NCBI GenBank assembly: GCA_013265495.1
Contig: MU058059.1
Coordinates: 2,083,502-2,147,501, forward strand
Length of the DNA: 64,000 nt
From: Vicugna vicugna
Taxonomy: Eukaryota
Reading direction: 5' to 3'
Shown: positions 12,971 to 24,626 of the stretch, piece after piece
Layout: each line of letters begins with the position of its first letter
How positions within the stretch are numbered: position 1 is the stretch's first letter
Notes under the pieces: model-generated
Seen by the model: the letters and a program-made list of their open reading frames with translations, nothing else
What the model was told of the DNA's origin: nothing
Database searches by the model: none
Position numbers and translations under genes: made by a program

Positions 12971-15337
12971 TGGAGGGGAACACAAACTGCAGGGCTGCTC
13001 CAGGATGGGGCTCTGCAGGGGGGGGTACAAGGGCAGAAGGCCTTGATAAAAGAGGGGTTTTATCATCAGCCATGAGGTCTAGAGTGGAGAGGGAAGGGGA
13101 GGCCTGGAGATAGCAAGGGGAGCCGGGAGCACACAGGCATCTGCATGCTTAGTCCGTGAAGCCCTGGGCACCTTGGGAGGATAGGAACTTGGACCCGGCT
13201 TGGTTGCTGATGTGAGCTGTGACAGGTGTATCAAGGCCCGGGAGGGATGCAGAAGAGACAAAGGTCCTGGAGAAGCCCTGGGAGTCAGTGCCACTCCCCG
13301 CTGGGCTCATAGTGGGTGGCTTTCTCAGTCAAGGTCAACTCCATTCTGCCCCTCTTTTCAAAACTTGGTGGTTTGGGGACAATTTCATCTCAGAGGGCAG
13401 GATGAGGCTCTGTTCTTTGCCTTTGGTCACACTTCTCTTCCTTCCTCCTCAAAAATAATTCCCTTAGCAAAGGCGTCAGTGAATATTTTTTAGAAACTAG
13501 TAAAGCTCTGTCAGTGATATTTCCCGGAGGACAGCAAATTTGAGCCAGTGTCCAAAATGCAGCAACCTGGTCATAAATCATTGTACCCTCTCTTCTGAAG
13601 ATAATGTCACTTTCAGACATATCCACTCTTGGTTCTCCACGAAATGGCCCCACACTCAGACAGCCCTTATATTAACCAAACCATATCTGGGTGCATAACC
13701 TGGAGAGAGGTTAGGGGATGGTGTGAATTAAGTGCCCAGTCATGCCAGTCCTGCTGGCTGAGCCTCCCCCGAGGCCTCCTGACTCCAGCCCCGTGCCCCT
13801 CTTTGACTGGATGCCCCCTTCCTGCCTGCTCCCCGACCGCTCACCCTCATCTGGCTGTTTCAGGGAAGCATGAAAAGGCTAGTTTGTAACCTGAACGATT
13901 TTGTTCTGACAGCAGCTCCCACGTTTCCTTCTAGCTGTAGGGTTTCTACAGCCATCGAGAGAATCTTCCAGAATCTCTCTCCAGACCCATTAGCTGGGAG
14001 TGATAAAGCTCTGAGTCAGAATGCTGGATGATTTGTTACCCCAGAAACATTTCATTTTAATTCTTTAAGAAATTGCTCAGGGTGATTCTTGAGGGAAAAA
14101 GAACAAAAAACAATAGTTAAATGCTTTCACAGTCAAAACCACTTGCTGTTAAAATCATTGACTACATTTTTTTTTTCTTGGAATGCTTGACTGATGACAC
14201 GCACCCTTCTCTAGAAATATTGACGGATTCTCAGGTTGTGTTGTCTCCCCAAGCACACATAACACATAATCCTTGGCAAAATTACTAAAGGAATCATTTA
14301 TATGGGCTGGAAGACTGCAGTTCTGCCTGGAGAATTGCATTATTTCTTATCTCAACTACCCTGCTGTCACTTTCAGAGTGAGCCTGCCGCACAGCTCCCC
14401 GGGGACCCGCCACCGCGAGGCTGGGACACTGGCTGCAGCCACCTCTCGAGGTGTGCTGTGCCTGGGGTGTGAGAGGGACGGCAGACACCCCGGTCACTCC
14501 TTCCCTCCAGAGTGCTTCTGCTCCGCCCAGGTGGACACCAAGGCCACTGGGGCCCCAAGATGACACTTGAGCAACAGAGAAATGGCTCAGAGGACAGGTT
14601 CAAGACCGGTGCTGCTTGGCCTTCGCGGAGTTAGGCAGCATCTGTCTAAGCCTGACATTCACATCTGGAATATTGTCACCACCTCATTGATCCATCTGAG
14701 GCTGAGATCGGATCAAGTACCTGAAGAGGCAAGCTTGGTGCCAGCGTGTTATCATAAAAGCATCCATAAGTGGCACATGGTGACCACATTCTCTAAGGTG
14801 GTCATTCCTGAACCAAACTGGAAAGCTATATTGTTCCTAATATGTGCCCAAACCTCAGCTGACTTGAAAAAAAAACGTGATTTTCAATCAAATTATGGAT
14901 CCGGAGCAGGGGAGGGAAAGGGGGGGTCTCTATTAGATTTATCATGCAAACAACCAAAAGCAAACCTCAGCTAACTCTTCCTGAGGTTCAGGGATTCCTA
15001 GGAAGGATCCCCCCATCCCTTACTGCTGTGTGTGTGACAGACACTTCCCCGAGGGCTTAGGGCGAGGACATTCCTATGTTAATTAAAGGACACATGGGTT
15101 TAAAGTTTGAGAAACACTAAATAATACCTACAGTTACAGCATTTTATAGCCCCCTGCTCTAGATTTTTCTTTCTTTTCATCAGATATTTGTTAAACATCC
15201 AATCAACCCTCTGAACACCCTCCAGAGCAGGAAAGAAACACCTCCTGTGCTGGCTGTGTTCCTCCTCACCCTGGCCCATGGCAAAGCGCCAGGCACAACG
15301 CTCCACCCACAGAAGAGGGTTTGTTTGGAAAAGACCC

Positions 15338-15505
15338 AACACATATTTACTGAGCATCTACTCTGTGCCATCGCTGTTTCACTGGGTGGGTGACAGTGAC
15401 CAGGAGCACATGTCTTCCCTGATGGAGTTGACATCTAGCAGGGAAGACAAACACTATGAAAGCAATAAATCATGTAATTTCAGATGGTGCTGGAAAAGTG
15501 AGGAG
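15338..15505 (-). mobile_element. L2 3' end
   Basis: aacacatatttactgagcatctactctgtgcca...ccctgatggagttgacatctagcaggg. Confidence 0.8.
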
Positions 15506-16344
15506 GCCAAGGGTGGCCCCTGTCCTGGTCATTTCCAGACACTCAGAGCACTTTCCCCCAGGATGGGAGGCTGGACTCAGCTGTCCATCATGGCCACGTG
15601 TATCAGACCTTGGCAACACGAAGTGAAGACACGAAACAAAAAGGAGCTGGGTTTCACACCTACGAGCCCATGAAAAGAAATCAAATAGATTTAGGTTGTT
15701 TTCATTTTTCTCAAAAATAGAAAAAGTCACCACTTGTCTAAACCAGCATACAAAGTGATTTCCAAATCAATCCATCAGTGGCTATAAAAATCCGTGTTGA
15801 TCCACTCCAGAAAATCCGAAGGAGAATTAGATCTCCCAAGGGAAGGGATGATTTGCTCACTCTCCAAATAGACTGTTTGCTGTGTCATTTAACACCCACA
15901 AATGTTTCTACCGCAGAACATCGCTGAGGTCAAACTGGATAAAACTGAGTTAGATGCAATCTGATCGTTTTGTATTCAAAACGGCTTCCAGGGAGAAAGG
16001 CAGCCGGCCGTCCAGAGGCTAAAGCCTTCCAGGGAGAAGCGACAGCCGGATTTGCAGCTTTACTTGGCGTGCATGCTGAGTGGAGGGGCTGTACTGTGTG
16101 TTTATGCCGTCCTTACTTCCGGACAACATGCAGAGAATACAGGAAAATCTGCACAAAGGCTGCTTAAGAAAGGGAGCTTATTTGTCTCTTTTTTCACTTC
16201 TTCTTCACCCCCTTCCAGAATTCTCTATTCCCCATCATTGTAGAGACTTAGAAGCCCATGGTCTCAGATGCATCTGTTTGCTAATGTTTTCTCCAACCTG
16301 ACTTCCTCTGACCCAGATAGAAGGTCGATGTGATGGACAGGGTC

Positions 16345-16525
16345 TGGGAGCCAGCGCAGAAGAGTGTTCTGCCCCAGATTAGCGTCCAATCACTCATCCT
16401 TGGTGTGCGTGGTTTCCCCATCTATAAAGTAGTGGAAATGAAAGTTCCCACATCGCAAGGCTGCGGGTAAGACGGACTGAGCTGATCAGGATGAAGCAAT
16501 CAGGCAGTGCTGGGGATCTGGTAAA
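16345..16525 (+). mobile_element. MIR SINE (degenerate)
   Basis: gtttccccatctataaa...cacatcgcaaggctgc core. Confidence 0.55.
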
Positions 16526-17604
16526 CACCCAGGAGAGGCAGGTGAGACTATCACTATCCTTATCCTCCTCCAAAGAGATTTTCATTATCTCTCAATTTCA
16601 CTTCAAATATTTTCCATCATTTCCATGTCTTCCTCAGGAGTATAACTTCCCAAACTCTGTCACTGTCTCTTGATGTCCCCAACCTAATTTTTAACTTCTG
16701 TCCCAAAATCTAATTTGCATCCTGGAGACTACCTGCCTCCTTCCACATTCATAGAAATTCCATTATGTGCCAGGCGCTGTGCTGGGTGAGGAGAAGTAAA
16801 ACAAATGACGTTATCCTTATCTCCCCGGAGATAACAAAGCCACCCCCACACACACACTGCTCTGCTTTATCTCAAGTCACCAGTGGTCTCTGTTTCTCAT
16901 TTTGGGATTGATGAAATGGTACAGAGCTGCCGTTATCCACCGTGGAAAGAGATGGACTGTTGATCATAGCACTGATTACACGGTGACAAAGGAAGTGAAT
17001 GGACAGCAGATTTGCAGCAAGACAGCTCGGTGGGTGTGCCCTTCCATGCGTGTGTCTGCTTTTCTCTCAAGACGGCCAAACCAACATAGGAGTTCTGGTG
17101 TTGAAGTCTAATTTGTGATTTAACTGAGGTTTATAAGGGATCATCTGTTCCCAGAGGTGCATTAACTGTGCATCTAGATTTGACCTTGGATCTTGGGGAA
17201 GGACAGCGGAGGCAGACCTGCAGCCTCTTCCTCAGTGCTCCCAGCACACAGCACTCAGCACACTGCACTAGTTATCCATCTGGATGACAGCCTCCCAATT
17301 AGCCTCTGAGCCCATGATGCCGGGAGAGTGCCCTGTTGATGGCAGTGCCCCCAGCACCTGTTCAACTAAGACGAGAAGTTGACCATGCCCACACATTCTA
17401 AGAAAACACTGCTCATACAGAAGGACAAGGAAAGCATCCTTTCCCCAAAAAGATTCCATGAGAAAACAGAGCTGCCACTTTATTTCCTCTTTATATCTGT
17501 TCCAGTACGGAATGTGGGACTTGCCACTCACGCAAGCGGACCAGAGTTCCTCCCTACCCAGTGCCTTTAAGGCAAAATGTACCAAAGATATAGGATGTGA
17601 TTAC

Positions 17605-17805
17605 TGAGCAAGGGAGGAAACTATTGGAACTTACTTAATATTTAAAGTGAGCAATTCCAAATTTATATTTTATGTCTATTTTATAATGTACATAACATAT
17701 TAGCACAATGACCCAAGTAAATATACAGAACATATTGTGTATATGCTGAGGATGCTTGAAGTTTGTTACAGAAAGGGGAGGGTATAGAGGTTTGAGACAC
17801 ACTGT
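17605..17805. mobile_element. Probable hAT-type DNA transposon fragment
   Basis: AT-rich body ending in gtttgagacacactg, a hAT/Charlie-like terminus. Family not identified. Confidence 0.4.
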
Positions 17806-19713
17806 ATCTGGATAATCATATATAACCTCTGAATGGTATGTAACTTCTGAATGAGTATTAGAAACATCTAAATGCCTGGATGTTGTCAGCTGTGATTTTC
17901 CAATGGTTCTTCCCAGGCTCAGGACCACTTCCTCTTCCTAAAATGCGGAAAAATGAATTTTACATACGAACAGGTGGGCAGATTGAGGGATGGCTGGGCA
18001 GACAGTACTTGCTTGTACTTTAACTGGAGGTCCTTGGGTGGGCATCAAGGATTCTGAGGACTCTCTGAAATCTGGCTCAACCTACCCCTAAAATGTTAAG
18101 AACCCTTGCTTAAAGAAACATGGGGGAGTATTTTAGACACTTTTTAGGACCTAATGTGATTCAAGGCGGTTAAAAGCATTTTATTCTTCAGATCCTGTTT
18201 GTTGACTCTGTTGGGTCACGTGGCAAGATTACACCTCTGAGGGGCAATGAGAACAGAAAAAGCCCCCCAACCCCCTCCAAGGGCAGATTTTTACGTGGGG
18301 AGGAAGGGAGAGGACTGTGACAGGAGGAACAACGTGACTACAGTTATAGAATTGCTTTTGCTCTTTGCCATAGGCCCACTTTGATCCTAAATCAAAGGTG
18401 GTCATGTTTATTCCAATCAGCATTTCTTTAGCATTTAGACATTTACTGATGTTATTTAACTTTGGAACCATCTCAGAAAGCGATGGGCTTCAATGTATTT
18501 ATTTGCTCAGGGTAACAAAGTCTAGGGCCTAGCAGATTTCTGGCTCAGAACAGGCTGTTGAGAAAGATTTGTCCCACAGAATGCCTCCCTTCCTCCAAAC
18601 TCAAGGCTCACTAGGATCCAGAGCACGTACAGAGGGGCATGATCTGTATTTCCGGGCACCAGCGTGGGTCAAGTGGCCAGGGCATCGTCTACTCAGCCAC
18701 AAAGGTCTTGTCTTCCTCTCTGTTAACAATCTGAGCAGCATTAAAACCCCACATCCCACAATAAAGCCATCACAGTGATGAACAGTGGCCTTAATTGGGT
18801 GTTAAAGAATATTTATGTTGGGATGACTAACTTAGTTAAATAGTTTAACTAACTTAAAGTCCCTAATTGATCGAAGACACTTGAGTAATGGAATCCAGAG
18901 AGCCCCACTAGTACCACATTGACATGTTAGCTTATCTCTGCACCTGATGGCTAAAGGGTGCAGACAGGAGCCTTGCGCTGATGCACAGCCAGGGGGATAT
19001 TTCTGACCTCAGATTTATGTTAGCTAAAGCAACAAATCCAGCTGCCTACTTCATGCTCTGAATTACAGAGTTTCCATTTAGCCAGACGACATGAATCTGC
19101 TGCTACGATTTTTGTCCACAATTACAGCCCCCTCGAGTGCCCACTGCATTCTAATGCCCTGGTTTACCTCACCTCCTGGCCTGCCCTTAGAGGAAAAGTG
19201 CATGGGCCGCATCTGCCTCCTCACCCTTTGTCACCTGCCACTCAGCAGAGCTGTCACCAGGCAGATGCCTGGGCCACTCTCAGGAGCGCCTCCCCTACTG
19301 TTCTGTTCATTGCTGTCTTTCTCTCTTCAAAGGAGGCTTCTTTTCATCAGAACTGTCCCATCTAAGAAACAATGACCTCGGTTGTCTGCCTCTGTTCAGG
19401 GAACACACATTCACAGAGCAGAGGAGAGAGATTTTTCAATTTAACAGTGTTGGCTGAGCTCTGCCTTGCATGGGTCACTAGAGCCCCTTCCCAGTCTCGG
19501 GATGGAGTGTTCTGTGTGACCAGCACAGTGTCTGGTCGCAGGTTTTCCTCCCAAACATTCCCTGAAGCTGACTGGCTTTGGTCCTGGAAGTTTGAGATCT
19601 AGTCTGCATCCTACACCCAGACTCTGCTCCTGAGTTTTCCCTTTTTCCTTCCTCTTTTTTTTCTTTAAATGAAAACATAATCATCTTATATATTCTATTT
19701 TATGATCTGATTT

Positions 19714-19822
19714 CTTTTAATTTAATTTAATTAATTCATTTTTAATGGAGGTACTGGGGATTGAACCCAGGAGGACCTCGTGCATGCTAAGCATGCACTC
19801 TACCAATGAGCTATACTCTACC
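19714..19822 (-). mobile_element. Camelid tRNA-derived SINE (vic-1-like)
   Basis: Minus strand GGTAGAGTATAGCTCATTGGTAGAGTGCATGCTTAGCATGCACGAGGTCCTCCTGGGTTCAATCCCCAGTACCTCC plus AT-rich tail. A box TAGCTCATTGG, B box GGTTCAATCC. TSD atgatctg(a/c)ttt at 19702-19713 and 19823-19834. Confidence 0.9.
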
Positions 19823-20029
19823 ATGATCTGCTTTTTAAAATTCTTTTTAAATTAACTGCAATGGTGAAACATCTTTTCTATTGAAAGTTCACATAGTACC
19901 CAAGCATGTGACGTCTTCAAAGAATATTTCGACTTTTTTTCCAATGCACATAGAAACATAAGCATTGAATTACAACTATACACTTTAAAATCAAAATGAA
20001 ACTTTAATATACATCTTTTCTTGATAGTT

Positions 20030-20347
20030 AATTTTTATTTTCATTTAGCACGTAGTGGGTATTTTCCACATCAATAAATTACATCTGTATCACCGGAGAT
20101 GCACAGACCACATGTAACTCATTTATTTAATGTACCTGTCATTGTTCAACATTTAGAATAATTATTATATTTTGTGATCACAAGCAATTATAGGATGAGC
20201 ATTCTTTTAGCTGAATCATTTTTCCTTTTTTACTTCTATTATGGAAATTTTCAACCATACACAAAATAAAGTGAAACTATAATGCAGTACCTACTATAAT
20301 GCAGTATATTGTCAACCTTGTTTCATCTGTCACCCTTCCCCCGACAT

Positions 20348-20387
<40 letters not shown>

Positions 20388-20420
20388 TTTTGTTTCCCTA
20401 GAGTATTTTAAAACAAATAT
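20030..20420 (-). mobile_element. Old L1 (L1ME-like) fragments
   Basis: Degenerate antisense L1 3' motifs, e.g. ttattatggaaattttcaaccatacacaaaa and gagtattttaaaacaaat. Confidence 0.55.
20351..20379. repeat. (CA)n microsatellite
   Basis: Read directly. Confidence 0.95.
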
Positions 20421-20629
20421 GAACACTTTCTAACTTCTTTCTAGGAGGCAGGAAGGGAAGTGTCAGAAGGGACCACCAGATAAGACCTGTTTCCTTCCTC
20501 TCCTCTGTCTCACCCCGACCCCTCCAAGGGGCACTGATTTCGGGGAGGTTAAGCCCTGTCTCCTGCTTTTCCTATGAGGTTCCAATAGTAGATGTGTTGT
20601 ACACCTACTTTATAAGGTACATCGTCTCT

Positions 20630-20760
20630 CACTCATTGGCTTTCTGAATTTAACCAAGTTACTTAGCCTTTCTGAGCCTGAGAGTTGGAATAATGATAAT
20701 ATCCCGAAGGCAGGGTTGTTTTGGGAAGTGAAGACCATGCAGGTGGGTAAGGCTGCAAGC
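20630..20760 (+). mobile_element. MIR SINE
   Basis: caagttacttagcctttctgagcct...gataatatccc...agggttgttttggg. Confidence 0.7.
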
Positions 20761-21189
20761 CCGGTGGGTGCCGGGCATGGGGGAGAAGTCATGCAGTCCA
20801 TGCTGAGCCCTTGTCCTTGGGAAAGCAGGTCAGACAGACTCCAAGCACCAGAACTCAGCAGCCTGGCCTTGACCTTGAGATAGACAGCTCTGCAGCACCA
20901 GTATGTGTCCTGATTTATCACCCAGCCATGAAAAGAAACACCCCACTCCATGTCTCGGCAGCAAAACCATGCCAGCAGTCCTCCTGACTGTGACCCCCAT
21001 TTCCTCAGTGGGCATCACAGTTTCCAACTCCTGCTCTGAGTCCCAGGCAAGTCATGTCACACCTCTGGGCTGTTGTTCTTCACCTGGGGAACAAGGGCAG
21101 TGGATCCCATCGTCCCTGAGGCCATTCCAGTGCCGAGGGCACACCCCAAACCTGGTACACAGACGTAACAGCGCTACCTCCCAAGGTCA

Positions 21190-21903
21190 ATCATTCACCC
21201 ACCGGCTCCTCCACTCATTCATTCTCCAAATTCCACTGCGTGCCTATAACCTACTACGCCCCGTCCTGGTGGCTGAGAAGGCATCAGTGAACAGAATGAC
21301 AGAAATCCCTGCCTGTCTTCCCATGGGCATGAGCCAAACAGAGGTAACATCATGTCCTTCACTTACCCTTCACTGTTAAAGAGATTTAGAATATTTTTTA
21401 TTTTTAAGGCCAAACAATTATAGGATGTAGCTGGAAGGAGAGGAGACCTGAAAAAAAAATAGTCTAAGAAGTAGCAAGTTGGATGCAGTTAAACGCCAAG
21501 GAAGAGACAAAGTGGAGGAGGGATAAGGGTTCTCTGTGAACCAGGAAGAGAGGGGACAGGGTGGCCCATTTCAGAGAGCGAGCCAGGTAAGACCACTGAA
21601 AAGGTGACACTGAGCAAAATCCTGAAAGGCAGAAAGGAGGGAGCCGTGAAGACACTGGGAGGAAGAGCTCTGGGGCTGAGGAAACAGCATGGGCAAAGGT
21701 CCCGAGGTAGGACTGTACGTGAAAGGTTTAAGGCTGGAAAGGAGTTAGTGTGGCAGGAACAGAGGAGCGAGTGGGCTGAGGCCAGGCGGAGAATGGGGAC
21801 AGACCACTTTGGTCCATGAAGACCATTGCAAGGATCTCACCTTTTATTCTTCCTGTGTCTGGGGCACTGCGGGGTCTGGGTGGGGGCATGATACGATCCA
21901 ACA
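21190..21903 (-). mobile_element. L2 fragments
   Basis: cactcattcattc...cagtgaacagaatgacagaaatccctgcc and aaggtgacactgagcaaaatcctgaa...aacagcatgggcaaaggtcccgagg. Confidence 0.75.
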
Positions 21904-22708
21904 CTGCATTTTTCAAAGTATGGTCCTCAGACTACTGGAGTCCCTGAGACCTTTTCAGGAACGCTCATGAAGTCAAAATATTTTCCTAGTAATGTAGGAC
22001 TTAATTTCCCCTTCCCCTTCTTATCTTCTCAAAGGAATACAGTGGCATTTTCTAGAGGCAACAGGAAATATCATCATGTTCAACAGATTGAAAGCAGAGG
22101 CCGATAGATGAATCCATCTATATTCTATTAAGTCATATATTAAAGAGATTGGCAAAATATACTTTTCAAAATGTGTATCATTATTTTCTCACTTTTTTTG
22201 TTTTAGAAAATAATTTATTTTCACAAAATTATTTGTTATGTTAACGTGCAATGGGTTTATTACTATTTTTAAATAATTAATTATTTTTAAACTTTCAGTT
22301 TTAATCCATAGTCCAGTAATTATCAATGGATATAACTGACATAGCAAAGCTTTTGGGGGTCCTCAGTGATTCATAAGGATATAAAGTGCTCTGATTATGG
22401 TTACTAGGAAGGGAAGAGGGTGGGAAAGGATAAAGTGGGAGTTCAAGATTTGCAGATATAAACTACTATATATAAAATAGATAAACAACAAATTTCTTCT
22501 GTACAGCATAGGGAACTATATTTGGTATCTTGTAGTAACCAATAATGAAAAAGAATATGAAAGCGAATATATGTATGTGTATACATGACTGAATCACTAT
22601 GCTGTACACCTTAAATTGACACAACATTGTAAACTGACTGTACTTCAGCAAAAATTAAAGAAAAAAGACAGGAAAAAAAGGGCTGTGAGACCAAACCTGT
22701 GACCACTG
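21904..22708 (+). mobile_element. hAT-Charlie DNA transposon (MER119-like) interrupted by an L1
   Basis: 5' tcaaagtatggtcc...gtccctgagaccttttcagg...gtcaaaa. The element resumes after the L1 with gtgagaccaaa...gaccactg. Confidence 0.75.
22395..22680 (+). mobile_element. 5'-truncated L1 3'UTR (camelid/artiodactyl lineage)
   Basis: tatggttactagg...ataaaatagataaacaacaaa...gctgtacacc...aaattgacacaacattgtaaactgactgtacttca plus A-rich tail. Confidence 0.9.
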
Positions 22709-23380
22709 CTGGTCTAAACAGAGGTTTAAATGGACCTCAGGTGTACAGTCAAGGTGGGGAGATGATGTCAACAACAGGAGGGCGGGGGACGAGGAGGCAG
22801 CAGTGGGGAGGATGAGAAGAATGAAGGAATTCTTAGGGAGAAGAGGGCAGGTCCAGCGAGGAGTAGGGGAGCTGGCCCTGAGCGCAGTGACAGACAGGGG
22901 CAGAGCACAGGACGTGTACGCAGGTGCAGAGGATGAAGGGTGTGTCCCTTCTCTCTGCTTCGACTTCCTCAGTGAGATGAGAAGCGAGTGCATCACTGAG
23001 CACAGGGACAGGTAGGAGGTGATGGAGGCTTAAAGAAAGCATGTGTGCGATAGCCATCATGGTAATTATAAGACCATACAAGCTACTCTTCATGGCAGGA
23101 TAAATGCTTGCTGCTGACTGTTGTTAACCATAGGTGTGTGAAGGCAGAGCTATTTTTCACTGTGTCTTATGTGTCCCCAATATTGAGGGTATTATTATTC
23201 TCTATAGGTCGAACACACACGTTCAGTAATATTTGTGTCCATGTTGACACCTTCCCAGATGTCCCATGATAACCCTCAGGTCTACAGGGATGTTGGGGAG
23301 ACACTGCTTTCTGATGTGGACTTTGCTGTAGTCCTGATGACTGATGATGAGAAATGGACTGTCTCAGGTTCCATACTCAC

Positions 23381-23494
23381 TCATGAAAGCCTGATGGAAT
23401 TAGGTAAATTAAGTCACCTAGCACAATGTCACTCGGTTTATGGAGGACATGCCTGGAAAATGCTGTCTTGTTTGTGTATCGAGAGCAGCGGTAC
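23381..23494 (-). other. Candidate internal exon (114 nt), partly MIR-like
   Basis: Pyrimidine-rich acceptor ...ctcctccactccgtcgacAG|GT and donor TGA|GTGAGT, about 3.8 kb downstream of the CpG-island donor. Confidence 0.3.
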
Positions 23495-24413
23495 CTGTCG
23501 ACGGAGTGGAGGAGCGCCAAGGGAGGAGGGGATGAGGGTATTAAGCCATGTGTTCTCTTTCCACTCAATTTCTCCACTGGGCCCCGAGGGTCTTTCTGCA
23601 GCCCAGGCAGCTAGCAGTGATTCATCACTGTCTTAGGGGGAAGCTGCCTTGGCAGAACCAAACAAAGGCATTAAATTCTTGACTTTTTTAAAGTTCAAGA
23701 TCCTTTTCTTTCCCTATCCCTCCTCTAAGCTTGGGGAGAGGAAAGTAAGAGAGGTGGGCACTGGCCGCCTCCCCCTCTACCTGTATCGAGGTAGTGAAAA
23801 GGAGTCGAGCCCAGATGGACACACAGACCCAGAGACAGAGGGCAATCACACCAGCAGCAGAACAGGAAGACAGCAGGGTGCCCAGGCCCCGAGAGTCTGC
23901 CACAGTCTCAGAGAGTCAGGGAGCGAGTTCTCAAGTTTCCTGTGTCCTGGGGAAGCCGGTGGTCAGGACAAGGGGGATGCAGAGTGGAGACAGCCTGTCT
24001 GAAGTGACGGTGGAACCTAGTGGACACGGCAGGGGTGACTCTGCAGGGGAACAAGAAGGGATGCTCGCAGGGCACAGCGGGTACCAGCACAAGGAGGACC
24101 CAGTTCCAGCATGCCCCGCAGCTCCCTCCTGATGGACATCAAAGTGCTGTGTAAACACTCCAGGACAGCGAGAGCAACCCTGAACTTAACTGAGTGCATC
24201 TAATCCTGAAGATGGCTAAGTCTATCCATTACATGGATTGTATTTCTGCCAGCAGGAAGCTTGAATTTGAGATTAATTGGGTTCCAGAAAAAAAGAGAAA
24301 TCGACATTTCTGCCTGTCTGCATTGCTCTTCCTTGGTTCCACTTACAATATGGAAATATTCATTGAAGAAATATCATATTAAGTCACTAACATTTTAGTC
24401 TGAATGAGCTTAT

Positions 24414-24626
24414 CATTGTGGTTATCAAATGTGGGAGACTGCTCCCAGGGGAATTTCAGTAACATTTGAAAGCATTTTTGACTGGGGAGAGGGGTTGATT
24501 GCTACTGGTGTCTAGTGGGACAAAGCCAGAGAGGCCTCTAGACAGCCTACGACGCACAGGTCAGACCTCCACAACAAAGAATGATCGGGCCCCGAATATC
24601 AATAGTGCTGAGGTTAAGAAGATTTC
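24414..24626 (+). mobile_element. MER20 (hAT-Charlie)
   Basis: tgctactggtgtctagtggg...ccacaacaaagaatgatcgggccccgaatatcaatagtgctgaggttaagaa. Confidence 0.85.

Noticed and set aside
18832..18852. 9-bp inverted repeat TTAGTTAAA-TAG-TTTAACTAA
   Set aside because: Short and AT-rich, too small for a miRNA or MITE, and compatible with chance.
19745..19822. tRNA gene
   Set aside because: TSD, AT tail, internal insertion and imperfect acceptor stem indicate a SINE.
23208..23403. Plus-strand open exon-like segment (VEHTR...DVDFAVVLMTDDEKW...) with AG/GT ends
   Set aside because: No partner exons or plus-strand promoter found and the acceptor tract is weak. The resemblance of DFAVVLMTDD to a TIR-like motif is too short to be meaningful.
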